This document shows positions 49,001 to 58,828 of a stretch of 64,000 bases of DNA, one piece after another (positions within the stretch are counted from its first letter, which is position 1; every line of letters starts with the position of its first letter). This DNA is from Candidatus Roizmanbacteria bacterium RIFCSPHIGHO2_12_FULL_37_23. GTDB lineage: Bacteria; Patescibacteriota; Microgenomatia; UBA1406; HO2-37-13b. The DNA lies in assembly GCA_001788095.1 (NCBI GenBank), contig MFZX01000029.1, positions 4,620 to 68,619 of the forward strand, read 5' to 3'. The notes beneath the pieces were generated by a model. The model saw nothing but the letters and a program-made list of their open reading frames with translations. It made no database searches and had not been told where the DNA came from. Both the position numbers and the translations under genes were made by a program.

Positions 49001-49268
49001 TATTGGTTCTACACATATTATTGCAGGAAATATTAGTCAAGTAAGAAAGGTTACCACAAAAAAAGGAAATAATAGAATGGCATTTGTATCAGTTTTCGAT
49101 GAAACAGGATCTGTCGATACTGTAGTTTTTCCGAAAATTTATGCATCGACAAAAAATATTTGGATTGAAAATACAACAGTGCTTCTTAAAGGACGCATTA
49201 ATGAAAGAGGAGATGGACTGACTATAGTCGTTGATAATGTTATTGATTTAGCAACGACGAAAAGATGA
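46047..49268 (+). CDS. dnaE: DNA polymerase III subunit alpha
   Basis: PHP domain FVHLHVHSEYSLLDG, GRGSVAGSLVAY, FNKPHSASYA. 1073 aa. Confidence 0.95.
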   Translation: MSFVHLHVHSEYSLLDGLTKIEDLLEKVKNEGMNSVALTDHGAMYGAFRFYIEAKKRGIKPIIGLEAYKAEASRFDKNKKLGNDQFHLTLLAKNLEGYKNLMRLTTLAHLEGYYYKPRIDFELLEEHHEGIIALSGCLNAEIPSALRDGQKDKAEKLLKRYVDIFGEDFYIEIQRIPGIDELDDINNQLIHLSRKYSIPIVATNDVHYLDKDDAYAQEVLLCIQTSHTIYEDRPLTMINTPEFYFKTEKEMQGLFLDLPEAIENSQKIADMCDVDVPHGKWILPIYPLPEEESPEEHLREMVKERTEKRLQITEEAKIRLEYELNIICTKGYATYFLIVQDFVNWAKKNGIAVGPGRGSVAGSLVAYVLAISDINPLDYNVPFERFLNPDRPTPPDIDIDFADKRRDEVLAYVTNKYGGDKVAQIITFGRMEARLAVRDVARALGLPYSQGDRIAKMMPQGKQGFAITIDKALEESSTLKLAYAQEEDVKKVLDIARKLEGVARHSSVHAAGVIIADKALLEYVPLQREAKAGKIITQYDMYCLDLNAVSNNEAVGLMKIDILGLRNLTIIEDALAFVEKKLHKHIDIHNISLDDEKTYKLISDGRTIGVFQLESRGMRRLAKDLKPSKLSDITAMVALYRPGPMDLIPSFLKGKKSERSIRYLHKDLVSVLQETYGVLVYQEQVMEIAHKIAGYSMSEADALRMAMGKKKKALMRKERMKFIERAVSQGYTKKLAEQIFNFIEKFAAYGFNKPHSASYALIAYWTAFMKANYPVEYMTALLTAELQGAAGAQREAKMFQAIEECRSMEINVLPPDINKSEYDFSIEKESIRFGLSAIKNVGKSAIESMLEARSQNIFIGLRDFLSRVDVRRVNKKTVESLIKSGAFDSFGTRASLLTYYPKALNEASSQKKQVESGQYDLFGAKRDQRLSDSDLENIQEFSEDELLLMEKEVIGFTISTNPLSQYHDIIARKVTKKIGEISEDDIGSTHIIAGNISQVRKVTTKKGNNRMAFVSVFDETGSVDTVVFPKIYASTKNIWIENTTVLLKGRINERGDGLTIVVDNVIDLATTKR

Positions 49269-49540
49269 TGCGTGATTTTGAGATTGATAAGGATTTTAAT
49301 GTAATTCCTAAACAAAAAGAGAAGATTGCTAGGAAAAAACAGAATAATCTTTTCCTTATTGCAAAATATTCAAATATCGGTTATTATTTAGTAGCTCCTT
49401 TGATACTGGGAGCTTTTATTGGTTTTGGAATAGATCTTTATTTTAATACAAAACCATTCTTTACCGTATTGCTTTTGATTATTGGAGTAGTATCAACATT
49501 CTATAATTTGATAAAGCTAGTACGGAGCGAATCGAAATAA
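49265..49540 (+). CDS. AtpZ/AtpI-like small membrane protein of the ATP synthase operon
   Basis: 91 aa, two TM helices, immediately upstream of atpB. Confidence 0.4.
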   Translation: MMRDFEIDKDFNVIPKQKEKIARKKQNNLFLIAKYSNIGYYLVAPLILGAFIGFGIDLYFNTKPFFTVLLLIIGVVSTFYNLIKLVRSESK

Positions 49541-49549
49541 AAATTTGTC

Positions 49550-50269
49550 ATGATACACATAAGTATCAAACCGGAAATAGTATTTCATTTTCTTGGTTTT
49601 CCTGTAACTAATTCGCTCATAACGAGCACAAGCATTGTCATCGTTTTTTTTATACTGAGTGTTTATTTTTACTACGCGAGTATGTCAGGTCATTCCAAAC
49701 TCGTTTTCTTCGTTCGCTTCCTTATTTCTAAACTATATGATCTTTTTAAGCCAATATCAAAAGAAAAAACTGATGAACTCTTTCCATTTTTTGCTTCTCT
49801 ATTTCTTTTTATCATTCTGTCGAATTGGCTTGGGCTGTTTCCTGGGGTTGGGAGCATTATTATAAGAGAAGGAACGGAAACGATCCCACTTTTAAGAGGC
49901 TCTACAGCTGATCTAAACACAACGCTCGGATTAGGTTTGACTGCATTTGTTCTTATTCAGTTTTATGGATTTAAGTTTCTAGGATTTAATTATCTAAAAA
50001 AGTTTATTTCCCTGGGAAATCCAATAGCTTTTTTTACAGGAATTCTTGAAATTATTTCAGAATTTTCTAAAATCATATCGTTTGCATTCCGATTATTTGG
50101 TAATATATTCGCAGGTGAGGTATTGATTACGGTTGTAGCTTTTTTGATACCAGCATTGGCATCGTTTCCATTTTTAGTTCTTGAAATTTTTGTTGGATTT
50201 ATACAAGCATTAGTATTTTCGATGTTGGCAGCCGTATTTATTAGTGTTGCTACAGCAGAACACCATTAG
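49550..50269 (+). CDS. atpB: F0F1 ATP synthase subunit a
   Basis: Polytopic membrane protein. FRLFGNIFAGE contains the essential Arg. Confidence 0.85.
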   Translation: MIHISIKPEIVFHFLGFPVTNSLITSTSIVIVFFILSVYFYYASMSGHSKLVFFVRFLISKLYDLFKPISKEKTDELFPFFASLFLFIILSNWLGLFPGVGSIIIREGTETIPLLRGSTADLNTTLGLGLTAFVLIQFYGFKFLGFNYLKKFISLGNPIAFFTGILEIISEFSKIISFAFRLFGNIFAGEVLITVVAFLIPALASFPFLVLEIFVGFIQALVFSMLAAVFISVATAEHH

Positions 50270-50527
<258 letters not shown>

Positions 50528-50536
50528 CCAAAGTTT

Positions 50537-51043
50537 ATGGAAGCACTTGGAATAGATATAAAACTCTTGTTTGCACAAATTATTAACTTTGTCCTTTTTG
50601 CATTTATTTTTAAGAAGTTTATGTATAAACCCTTTCAAAAATACCTTAAGGACCAAGTAAAAAATGAAGAGGAAAAAGATCGTCTTCTTCATGAACTTCA
50701 GGAAAAGGAGCTTTCTCTAGAGGCTAAGGAGCGAGAGATGGTCGAAGACGCCCAGGCACGCGCTCTTAAAATTATTAAAGAAGCTGAAAGCACTGCGCTT
50801 AAGAAGAAACAAGAGATTCTAGATAAAACTCAGCATGAAATTGTTGAGATAAGACAGAAAGCTCATGAAGATATTAATAAAGAAAGAGAAAAACTATATG
50901 ACGAAGTCAAGGGTCGAGTTATTGAAACAAGTCAAGTACTCACTGAAAAAGTGCTTTCGGAATTTATTGATGAAAAACGTCAAAAAGATATGCTCAGTCA
51001 TCTACTAAAACAGCTCAAGAAGACAAAAGTATATGAAAATTGA
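50537..51043 (+). CDS. atpF: F0F1 ATP synthase subunit b
   Basis: N-terminal TM followed by a long charged coiled coil. Operon position. Confidence 0.75.
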   Translation: MEALGIDIKLLFAQIINFVLFAFIFKKFMYKPFQKYLKDQVKNEEEKDRLLHELQEKELSLEAKEREMVEDAQARALKIIKEAESTALKKKQEILDKTQHEIVEIRQKAHEDINKEREKLYDEVKGRVIETSQVLTEKVLSEFIDEKRQKDMLSHLLKQLKKTKVYEN

Positions 51044-51317
51044 TAAAAAATTGCGATTAAAACTCAAAAAAGCGCTCTTACAACAGATCAAAAAACCCGA
51101 ATTTAGGGAGATAATCGTAAAGACTCCATATAACCTGACTACCGAGGAAATAAAATCTCTCAAACAATCAATTCCTTATCTCAGTGTTGGACACATTACA
51201 AACGAAGTAGATCCAAGGATATTAGGAGGATTAATTATTATAGATGGTTCAACCATTTTAGATTTTTCAGTAAAAGGTAGAATGTCACAAGTTTTAGACA
51301 CAATCCAAGGAAGTTAA
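51033..51317 (+). CDS. atpH: F0F1 ATP synthase subunit delta (OSCP), short form of 94 aa
   Basis: The C-terminal VDPRILGGLIIIDGSTILDFSVKGRM matches the delta/OSCP C-terminal domain. The N-terminal helical domain is absent. Confidence 0.6.
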   Translation: MKIDKKLRLKLKKALLQQIKKPEFREIIVKTPYNLTTEEIKSLKQSIPYLSVGHITNEVDPRILGGLIIIDGSTILDFSVKGRMSQVLDTIQGS

Positions 51318-51325
51318 ATAATTAT

Positions 51326-52846
51326 ATGAAAGTTGTAGACGAGATAATTCGAGAGGTTGAAAAAGAAATTAAATCAGCACAACCTCGAACAACGAAAAAA
51401 AATATAGGTTATGTCGTAGAAGTAAAAGATGAAATCGTATTTATTGATGGTCTTTATGATTCACCGTATGGTGAAATGGTTGAGTTTGGGAGTGGTAACA
51501 GAGGGATGATAGTTGACTTATTTGAGGATCGCGTTGGTGTGATTGTATTTGGAGATTTTGAAAAAATTAAGGAAGGCGATATCGTAAAAGGGACGGGAGA
51601 TGTATTTAAAATTCCAATTTCCGAAGATTATATCGGTCGTATAGTTAATGGCATTGGAGAGCCAATTGATGGTAAAGGGAAGATTAAGGCAAAACAACAA
51701 GCCTTTATAGATCCAATTGCACCTGGAGTCATCGAACGACAATCTGTGAACCAACCTGTACAAACTGGCATTAAAGCAATAGATGCACTTATCCCAATAG
51801 GGAGAGGTCAAAGAGAATTAATTATTGGAGATAGAAGAACTGGTAAAACGACTGTTGCTGTAGATACTATTCTGAACCAAAAAGATCAAAATATGATTTG
51901 TATATATTGTGCTATTGGGCAAAGATTATCCAGTACTGCAATCCTTAGTGATTTACTCCAGCGTGAAGGAGCAATGAAATACAGTATCATTGTTGCTGCA
52001 TCTGCTTCTGATCCCGCATCAATGCAATATGTTGCTCCATATGTAGCAACTACCATTGGAGAGTACTTTATGAGCAAAGGAAAAGATGTACTGATTGTTT
52101 ATGATGATCTTTCGAAACATGCTTGGGCATATAGGCAAGTTTCACTTATTCTTAGGAGACCATCAGGACGAGAAGCTTACCCTGGTGATATTTTTTACCT
52201 TCATTCTCGATTATTGGAGAGATCCTGTCGACTCAATGATAAAATCGGAGGAGGATCAATAACTTCACTTCCTATAGTCGAAACACAAGAAGGTGATGTT
52301 TCGGCATATATTCCTACAAATATAATTTCGATTACGGATGGACAGATATATCTTGAATCTGATTTATTTAATGCGGGAATTCGTCCTGCTATTAATGTTG
52401 GACTTTCTGTATCTCGAGTCGGTAGTACAGCTCAGGCGAAGGCAATGAAAACCGTTGCAGGAAAGTTAAAAAACGATTTAGCACAATATCGTGCGCTTGC
52501 AGCATTTGCACAATTTGAATCCGAGCTCGATGAAGAAACCAAGAAATTTATTGATCGAGGAGCTCGGATGACTCAACTTCTTATTCAGTCAAAAAATCAA
52601 CCATACGATCTTGCCCGACAAGTAGTGGTCTTTTGGGCCGGAGGGAAAGGTTATCTTGATAGTATCCCAACAGATAAGATCAAGGAATTTGAATCAAAAT
52701 TTATTGAATTCATGGAACTTTCTCATAAAAAAATATTGGAAGCAATAAGTACTCAAAAATCTATTGATGAAAAAATTGAGAAACAATTAAAAAAAGTGAC
52801 TGAAGAATTTATGAATTTACATTACAGTAATGTAGAGAAAAAATGA
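51326..52846 (+). CDS. atpA: F0F1 ATP synthase subunit alpha
   Basis: Walker A GDRRTGKT. Also REAYPGDIFYLHSRLLER. Confidence 0.95.
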   Translation: MKVVDEIIREVEKEIKSAQPRTTKKNIGYVVEVKDEIVFIDGLYDSPYGEMVEFGSGNRGMIVDLFEDRVGVIVFGDFEKIKEGDIVKGTGDVFKIPISEDYIGRIVNGIGEPIDGKGKIKAKQQAFIDPIAPGVIERQSVNQPVQTGIKAIDALIPIGRGQRELIIGDRRTGKTTVAVDTILNQKDQNMICIYCAIGQRLSSTAILSDLLQREGAMKYSIIVAASASDPASMQYVAPYVATTIGEYFMSKGKDVLIVYDDLSKHAWAYRQVSLILRRPSGREAYPGDIFYLHSRLLERSCRLNDKIGGGSITSLPIVETQEGDVSAYIPTNIISITDGQIYLESDLFNAGIRPAINVGLSVSRVGSTAQAKAMKTVAGKLKNDLAQYRALAAFAQFESELDEETKKFIDRGARMTQLLIQSKNQPYDLARQVVVFWAGGKGYLDSIPTDKIKEFESKFIEFMELSHKKILEAISTQKSIDEKIEKQLKKVTEEFMNLHYSNVEKK

Positions 52847-52847
52847 C

Positions 52848-53705
52848 ATGAATTTTAGACAAGTCAGAAAAAAAGCGAAAACAGTTCAAAATGTAAAAAA
52901 AATAACAAATGCTATGCAAATGGTTTCTGCAGTAAAAATGAGAAAATCACAGAGGGAAGCTCTAGAGGGTAGAGAATATCGTGCGATGCTAGATGAGGTA
53001 ATTTCTGAGGTGTTAAGTAGCAAATCTATGTTAAAGGAAAGTAAAATACCATGGATCGAAACAACTGTAGGAAGTAGAAGTCTTTGTATCCTCATCTCAT
53101 CAAACAAAGGTTTATGCGGATCATTCCATTCGTACCTTTTCAAAGAAGTACTTGATAAGCAAGATTTAACAACAGCTGATTTTATCGTGATAGGTAAGAA
53201 AGCTGCAGAGTTTATAACACGAACTAGGACCAAAATTATAGCTGATTTTTCAAGCCAAATTCCTTTTATTGATAATGTTTCAGCTGTTTTCTCAGTTATA
53301 GAAGAGAGATATGTTAGTGGCCAATATAGTAAGGTGTTTGTTATTTATAACAAATTTATAACCTCCTTTAAAAATGAACCAACAATTGAAAAACTATTAC
53401 CTATCACAGAAATAAAACAGCTTGATAAAGAAAATAAGGAAATAAGAACGGCAGAAGCTGATTATTTGCTTGAACCATCAGGAAGCGATTTGCTCAAACC
53501 ACTTATTGATGATTATTTAAAAGAAAAGATACGTGGAGCCATTCGTGACAGTGAAGCCGCAGAACATTCTGCACGCATGATGGCAATGAAAAGTGCTACA
53601 GACAATGCCACAGAACTTATTTTTAACCTGACATTACTAGGAAATAAACTTAGACAAACACAAATTACAAACGAATTACTTGATATGGTTGCAGCTACCT
53701 CGTAG
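52848..53705 (+). CDS. atpG: F0F1 ATP synthase subunit gamma
   Basis: ITNAMQMVSAVKMRK N-terminus and ITNELLDMV C-terminus. Confidence 0.9.
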   Translation: MNFRQVRKKAKTVQNVKKITNAMQMVSAVKMRKSQREALEGREYRAMLDEVISEVLSSKSMLKESKIPWIETTVGSRSLCILISSNKGLCGSFHSYLFKEVLDKQDLTTADFIVIGKKAAEFITRTRTKIIADFSSQIPFIDNVSAVFSVIEERYVSGQYSKVFVIYNKFITSFKNEPTIEKLLPITEIKQLDKENKEIRTAEADYLLEPSGSDLLKPLIDDYLKEKIRGAIRDSEAAEHSARMMAMKSATDNATELIFNLTLLGNKLRQTQITNELLDMVAATS

Positions 53706-53754
53706 GTATTAGGAATTACGTATTACGTATAACGTATTAAGTATTACGTATTAT
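53706..53754 (+). repeat. Heptamer tandem repeat array (GTATTAN)x7
   Basis: GTATTAG GAATTAC GTATTAC GTATAAC GTATTAA GTATTAC GTATTAT. It starts immediately after the atpG stop and ends 14 nt before the atpD ATG. Confidence 0.9.
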
Positions 53755-53756
53755 GA

Positions 53757-55145
<1,389 letters not shown>

Positions 55146-55147
55146 AT

Positions 55148-55573
55148 ATGCTTCACTTGAAAATAATTACTCCAAAAAAGGTGGTACTTGAGCATGAAGT
55201 CCGTTCTGTCACAGCTCCAGGAGCTGATGGAGAATTTACTGTTTTGCCACGACATACAAAACTTTTTAGTTTGTTGAAGGAGGGAATCGTAAGAATTGAA
55301 GATGAGAATAAAGGAGAATCCTTTTTTTCAATTGGCGGTGGATATCTTCAAACTAATGGAAAAGAAATTAATCTCTTAGTTTCAAGAGCATACGGACAAG
55401 ATGAGATTGATGAAGCCGAGGTCAGAAAAGCGAGGGAGAAAGCTGAGAGATTGCTCACTGAGACTTCAGACGAAACACAGCGCCAGCAGGCGCTTCAAAC
55501 TCTTCGTCGCTCTATGATCGATCTTAAAGTCTTTGGAAAAATAAAGCGCAAAAAATCCATTAATACAAATTAA
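55148..55573 (+). CDS. atpC: F0F1 ATP synthase subunit epsilon
   Basis: 141 aa. N-terminal beta-sandwich (LKIITPKK...VTAPGADGEFTVLPRH) plus C-terminal helices. Confidence 0.85.
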   Translation: MLHLKIITPKKVVLEHEVRSVTAPGADGEFTVLPRHTKLFSLLKEGIVRIEDENKGESFFSIGGGYLQTNGKEINLLVSRAYGQDEIDEAEVRKAREKAERLLTETSDETQRQQALQTLRRSMIDLKVFGKIKRKKSINTN

Positions 55574-55618
55574 GATTCTCCTGTAGCTTCAGGGATGACG
55601 AATTAATTTTAAAAACTG

Positions 55619-55647
55619 TTGACAAGCTTTACTGTATTTGATACCAT
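55619..55647 (+). promoter_or_regulatory. Candidate promoter of the tRNA-Ala/23S unit (TTGACA-N17-TACCAT) with A/T-rich upstream tract
   Basis: Perfect -35 TTGACA at 55619-55624, 17-nt spacer, TACCAT at 55642-55647. AATTAATTTTAAAAA lies just upstream. Confidence 0.5.
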
Positions 55648-55798
55648 AACACTACCTATTTTATGCTTAATAGAACTAAGCAGTGTCGCTAGGCATTCGG
55701 AGCGTGCACAAACGTCTCCTATCAGCCTTCGATCAACAGCGAAAGTTGTGTTGATTTAAGTAAGTGCACGAATAAGTTGAGTCTATTTTAACCTTTTT

Positions 55799-55872
55799 GG
55801 GCCTGTAGCTCAGCTGGCCAGAGCGCTCGGTTTGCATCCGAGAGGTCAGGGGTTCAAATCCCCTCGGGTCCA
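55799..55872 (+). tRNA. tRNA-Ala (anticodon TGC)
   Basis: Acceptor GGGCCTG/CGGGTCC with the G3:U70 identity pair, anticodon loop TTTGCAT, T loop TTCAAAT. Confidence 0.9.
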
Positions 55873-55924
55873 CCGCACTTTGACAATTAAACAGGAAGAA
55901 CGCAATTAATTAATGCAAATCAAA

Positions 55925-55951
55925 TCTTAAGTTTTGATTTGCGGGATATTG
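55925..55951 (+). other. 5' strand of 27-bp 23S processing stem
   Basis: TCTTAAGTTTTGATTTGCGGGATATTG pairs with 59320-59346 (CAATATCCCGCAAATTGAAACTTAAGA): 25 Watson-Crick pairs plus 2 G.U pairs. Confidence 0.8.
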
Positions 55952-56096
55952 TAATTAAAGCTAGTGGTGAATGCCTAGGTAATTTGAGCCGAGGAAGGAC
56001 GTGTGTATGGACACGATATCGTCGATAAGTCTCCTAACAGACATTACAATCGGCGGTTTCCCAATGGGATAACCCCACTGATAGTAATATCAGTGA

Positions 56097-56115
56097 CCCC
56101 CGATTTTATCGGGGG
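56097..56115 (+). repeat. rRNA hairpin repeat copy 1 (CCCCCGAT TTT ATCGGGGG)
   Basis: Seen directly. 8-bp stem, TTT loop variant. Confidence 0.9.
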
Positions 56116-56171
56116 AGGATACCTGGTGAACTGAAACATCTCAGTAACCGGAGGAAAAGAAATCAAAATGT

Positions 56172-56197
56172 CTCAATTAGACGCAAGTTTAGTTGAG
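56172..56197 (+). repeat. 26-nt hairpin with GNRA loop (CTCAATTAGAC GCAA GTTTAGTTGAG), apparent insertion in 23S domain I
   Basis: 11-bp stem (2 G.U pairs). It lies between GAAATCAA and CGAGATTCC, which are contiguous in the E. coli 23S as I recall it (GAAAUCAACCGAGAUUCC). Confidence 0.6.
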
Positions 56198-56200
56198 CGA

Positions 56201-56231
<31 letters not shown>

Positions 56232-56241
56232 GGAGCCTAAA

Positions 56242-56258
56242 CCCCGATTTAATCGGGG
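56242..56258 (+). repeat. rRNA hairpin repeat copy 2 (CCCCGAT TTA ATCGGGG)
   Basis: Exact 17-mer. Confidence 0.9.
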
Positions 56259-56542
56259 GGTTGCGGGAGTCTGCATACCTACACTTTTTTTCTAGATGAA
56301 TGTCATGGAAAGGACAACCAAAGAAAGTGATAGTCTTGTAGTTAAAAGAAGAAAAGTGTAAGCGGAATTTCCCAAGTACCACGGGACACGGAAAACCTTG
56401 TGGGAAGCTAGGGCGGTCATGCTCTAAGGCTAAATACTCAAATTAACCGATAGTGAACCAGTACCGTGAGGGAATGGTGAAAAGTCCCCCGGCGAGGGGA
56501 GTGAAATAGAACCTGAAACCGCTAGCTAACAAGCAGTGAGAG

Positions 56543-56559
56543 CCCCGATTTAATCGGGG
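56543..56559 (+). repeat. rRNA hairpin repeat copy 3 (CCCCGAT TTA ATCGGGG)
   Basis: Exact 17-mer. Confidence 0.9.
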
Positions 56560-56651
56560 TAATCGCGTGCCTATTGAAGAATGAGCCAGCGAGTTTTCAA
56601 GAGCTGCTTAAGGTTAACCAATAAAAAGTTGGGTAGCCATAGCGAAAGCAA

Positions 56652-56669
56652 TCCCACCGAAAGGCGGGA
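56652..56669 (+). repeat. Second hairpin family copy 1 (TCCCACC GAAA GGCGGGA)
   Basis: 20/21 identical to 56738-56758, including the AA prefix. One A/C mismatch in the stem. Confidence 0.8.
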
Positions 56670-56739
56670 ACGTCTGAATAGGGCGTTGGTAGCTTTTGAA
56701 AGACCCGAAACTGGGTGATCTAACCATGGGCAGGGTGAA

Positions 56740-56757
56740 TCCCGCCGAAAGGCGGGA
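56740..56757 (+). repeat. Second hairpin family copy 2 (TCCCGCC GAAA GGCGGGA)
   Basis: Perfect 7-bp stem with a GAAA tetraloop. Confidence 0.8.
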
Positions 56758-57147
56758 GGAAGCCCGAACCCGTTATCGGTGAAATGATATGGGATGACCT
56801 GTGGTTAGGGGTAATATGCTAATCGAACCCAGAGATAGCTGGTTCTCCCCGAGATATATTTAGGTATAGCCTTCCTGCTCATAAAACACCTGGGGTAAAG
56901 CACTGAATAGTCCAGAGAGTCTAGTACAATTTGGATTAATCAAACTCTGAATACAGTCGTGTTTTGGCGGGAGGAGTCAGACTCACTAGGATAAGCTAGC
57001 GTGGTCGAAAGGGAAACAGCCCAGACTCCCATCTAAGGTCTCTAAATGGTTATTAAGTGGGAAAGGTAGTGAGATTTCAAAGACAGCCGGGAGGTTGGCT
57101 TAGAAGCAGCCATCCTTTAAAGAAAGCGTAACAGCTCACCGTAATAG

Positions 57148-57164
57148 CCCCGATTTAATCGGGG
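57148..57164 (+). repeat. rRNA hairpin repeat copy 4 (CCCCGAT TTA ATCGGGG)
   Basis: Exact 17-mer. Net insertion relative to the recalled E. coli segment CACUGGUCGAGUCGGCCUGCGCGGAAG. Confidence 0.9.
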
Positions 57165-57573
57165 ATGAGGTCTTGCGCCGAAAATGATCGAGGCTTAAAT
57201 AATCTACCGAAGATGGAGATGCTTGTGCTTTGCACAAGTGTGGTAGGGGAGCGTCCCGTGTACGATGAAGATCTACCGTAAGGTGGGTTGGAGTTAACGG
57301 GAGTGAGAATGCTGGCATAAGTAGCGATTCTCCCGCTGAAAATGCGGGATGCCGTATGTCCAAGGTTTCCTCAGCAACGTACATCGGCTGAGGGTTAGTC
57401 GGATCTAAGGGCTCTGCCGATAGGCGAGTCTCGATGTCCAAGCTGTTAATATTCAGCTACTCTTTATAAAGCGTTACTACTTTTATACTAACGAAATCTG
57501 ATAATCGAAGCCTTCTATATGAGGGTCTAAATGGTAAGCACCACCAATTGGTGGGACCGAGCCATGAATGCGA

Positions 57574-57590
57574 CCCCGATTTTATTGGGG
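57574..57590 (+). repeat. rRNA hairpin repeat copy 5 (CCCCGAT TTT ATTGGGG)
   Basis: Variant with a TTT loop and one G.U pair. Confidence 0.85.
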
Positions 57591-57753
57591 GAGCTCGATG
57601 CGTTAAGTTTCCGGGAAAAGGTATAAAAGGAGTTTTATAAGGATCCGTACCGCAAACCAACACAGGTGGACTGGTAGAGTATACTAAGGCAATCGAGTAA
57701 TGGTGGTTCAAGGAACTCGGCAAATCAGCTGGACGTAACTTTGGAGATGTCCT

Positions 57754-57770
57754 TCCCGCCTTTGGCGGGA
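57754..57770 (+). repeat. Second hairpin family copy 3 (TCCCGCC TTT GGCGGGA)
   Basis: Same 7-bp stem as 56740-56757 with a different loop. Confidence 0.7.
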
Positions 57771-57980
57771 CACAGCAAATGATTTCCATCTAACTGTTTA
57801 CCAAAAACACAGCTCCCTGCAAACCGGAAACGGGAAGTATAGGGGGTGAGGCCTGTCCAGTGCCGGTAAGTTAAGGATCGGGGTTAATCCCGATATCACG
57901 AAAGTAATATCGGGAAAGGCTCTGATTCAAGCTCCGGTGAACGACAGCTCTAACTCTGAGAGTTCTAAGGTAGCGTAGTC

Positions 57981-58018
<38 letters not shown>

Positions 58019-58225
58019 TAAGATGGAAACTGTCTTGAACCATTGCTCGGCGAAATTGAAATGGCTGTGAAGATGCGGCCTTCCTGCACCAGGACAAGAA
58101 GACCCCGGGAGCTTTACTGAAGCTTATTATTGACAAGAAATTATTAACTGTCTAGCGTAGGAGGGAGTTTTGGCAGCAATGCCGGACACCAATGAAACAC
58201 CTCTCTTTGATAATTTTGAGTCTTA

Positions 58226-58242
58226 CCCCGATTTAATCGGGG
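58226..58242 (+). repeat. rRNA hairpin repeat copy 6 (CCCCGAT TTA ATCGGGG)
   Basis: Exact 17-mer. Confidence 0.9.
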
Positions 58243-58446
58243 GACAGTAGTAGGTGGTCAGTTTAACTGGGGCGGTTTCCTCCAAAAGGGTAACGGAGGA
58301 GCGCAAAGGTTGGCTTTTTCCGGATGGAAATCGGAATGTACGTGTAAACGCATAAGCCAGCTTAACTGTGAGGAATACAATCCGAGCAGATCCGAAAGGA
58401 GGCGTTAGTGATCCCCCGATCGGTTATGATTACCGGTGGGGCTTAT

Positions 58447-58477
<31 letters not shown>

Positions 58478-58625
58478 GGTCTCCCCTAAGAGTTCACATC
58501 GACGGGGAGGTTCGGCACCTTATGAGCCAAATAATTGGGGTGCCTTCAGTAGCAATACTGATAAAAAAATGTGACTTATAACGGTGGACTCCATAAATGC
58601 CCGATGATAGAATATCATCGTTATT

Positions 58626-58797
58626 ATGGACAATACCGTGGGAAGTCTAACTCGAGCTCAAAAATCTGTTATCATAGGGTCTATTCTTGGAGATGGCTAA
58701 TTTTAGAATTCGTTTTCTAAAATCTAGCTTACCAAGATTACATGATCTTATTGGTAAAAATCTTATACCTTCAATGAAGTATAAACTTGAGTTATGA
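58626..58797 (+). pseudogene. Decayed LAGLIDADG homing endonuclease ORF
   Basis: ATG at 58626 gives MDNTVGSLTRAQKSVIIGSILGDG then a stop. A +1 shift continues NFRIRFLKSSLPRLHDLIGKNLIPSMKYKLEL then a stop. Only the first LAGLIDADG motif region survives. Confidence 0.55.
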
Positions 58798-58811
58798 CCC
58801 CGTAGAGACTT

Positions 58812-58828
58812 CTCCGATTTAATCGGGG
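58812..58828 (+). repeat. rRNA hairpin repeat copy 7 (CTCCGAT TTA ATCGGGG), inside the intron
   Basis: Variant with CTCC on the 5' strand (one G.U pair). It lies just downstream of the endonuclease remnant. Confidence 0.85.

Noticed and set aside
53706-53754. Heptamer arrays or the eight rRNA hairpins as a CRISPR array.
   Set aside because: The heptamer units are 7 nt with no spacers. The 17-nt hairpins are irregularly spaced (about 130-650 nt) and separated by conserved rRNA sequence. No cas genes are present.
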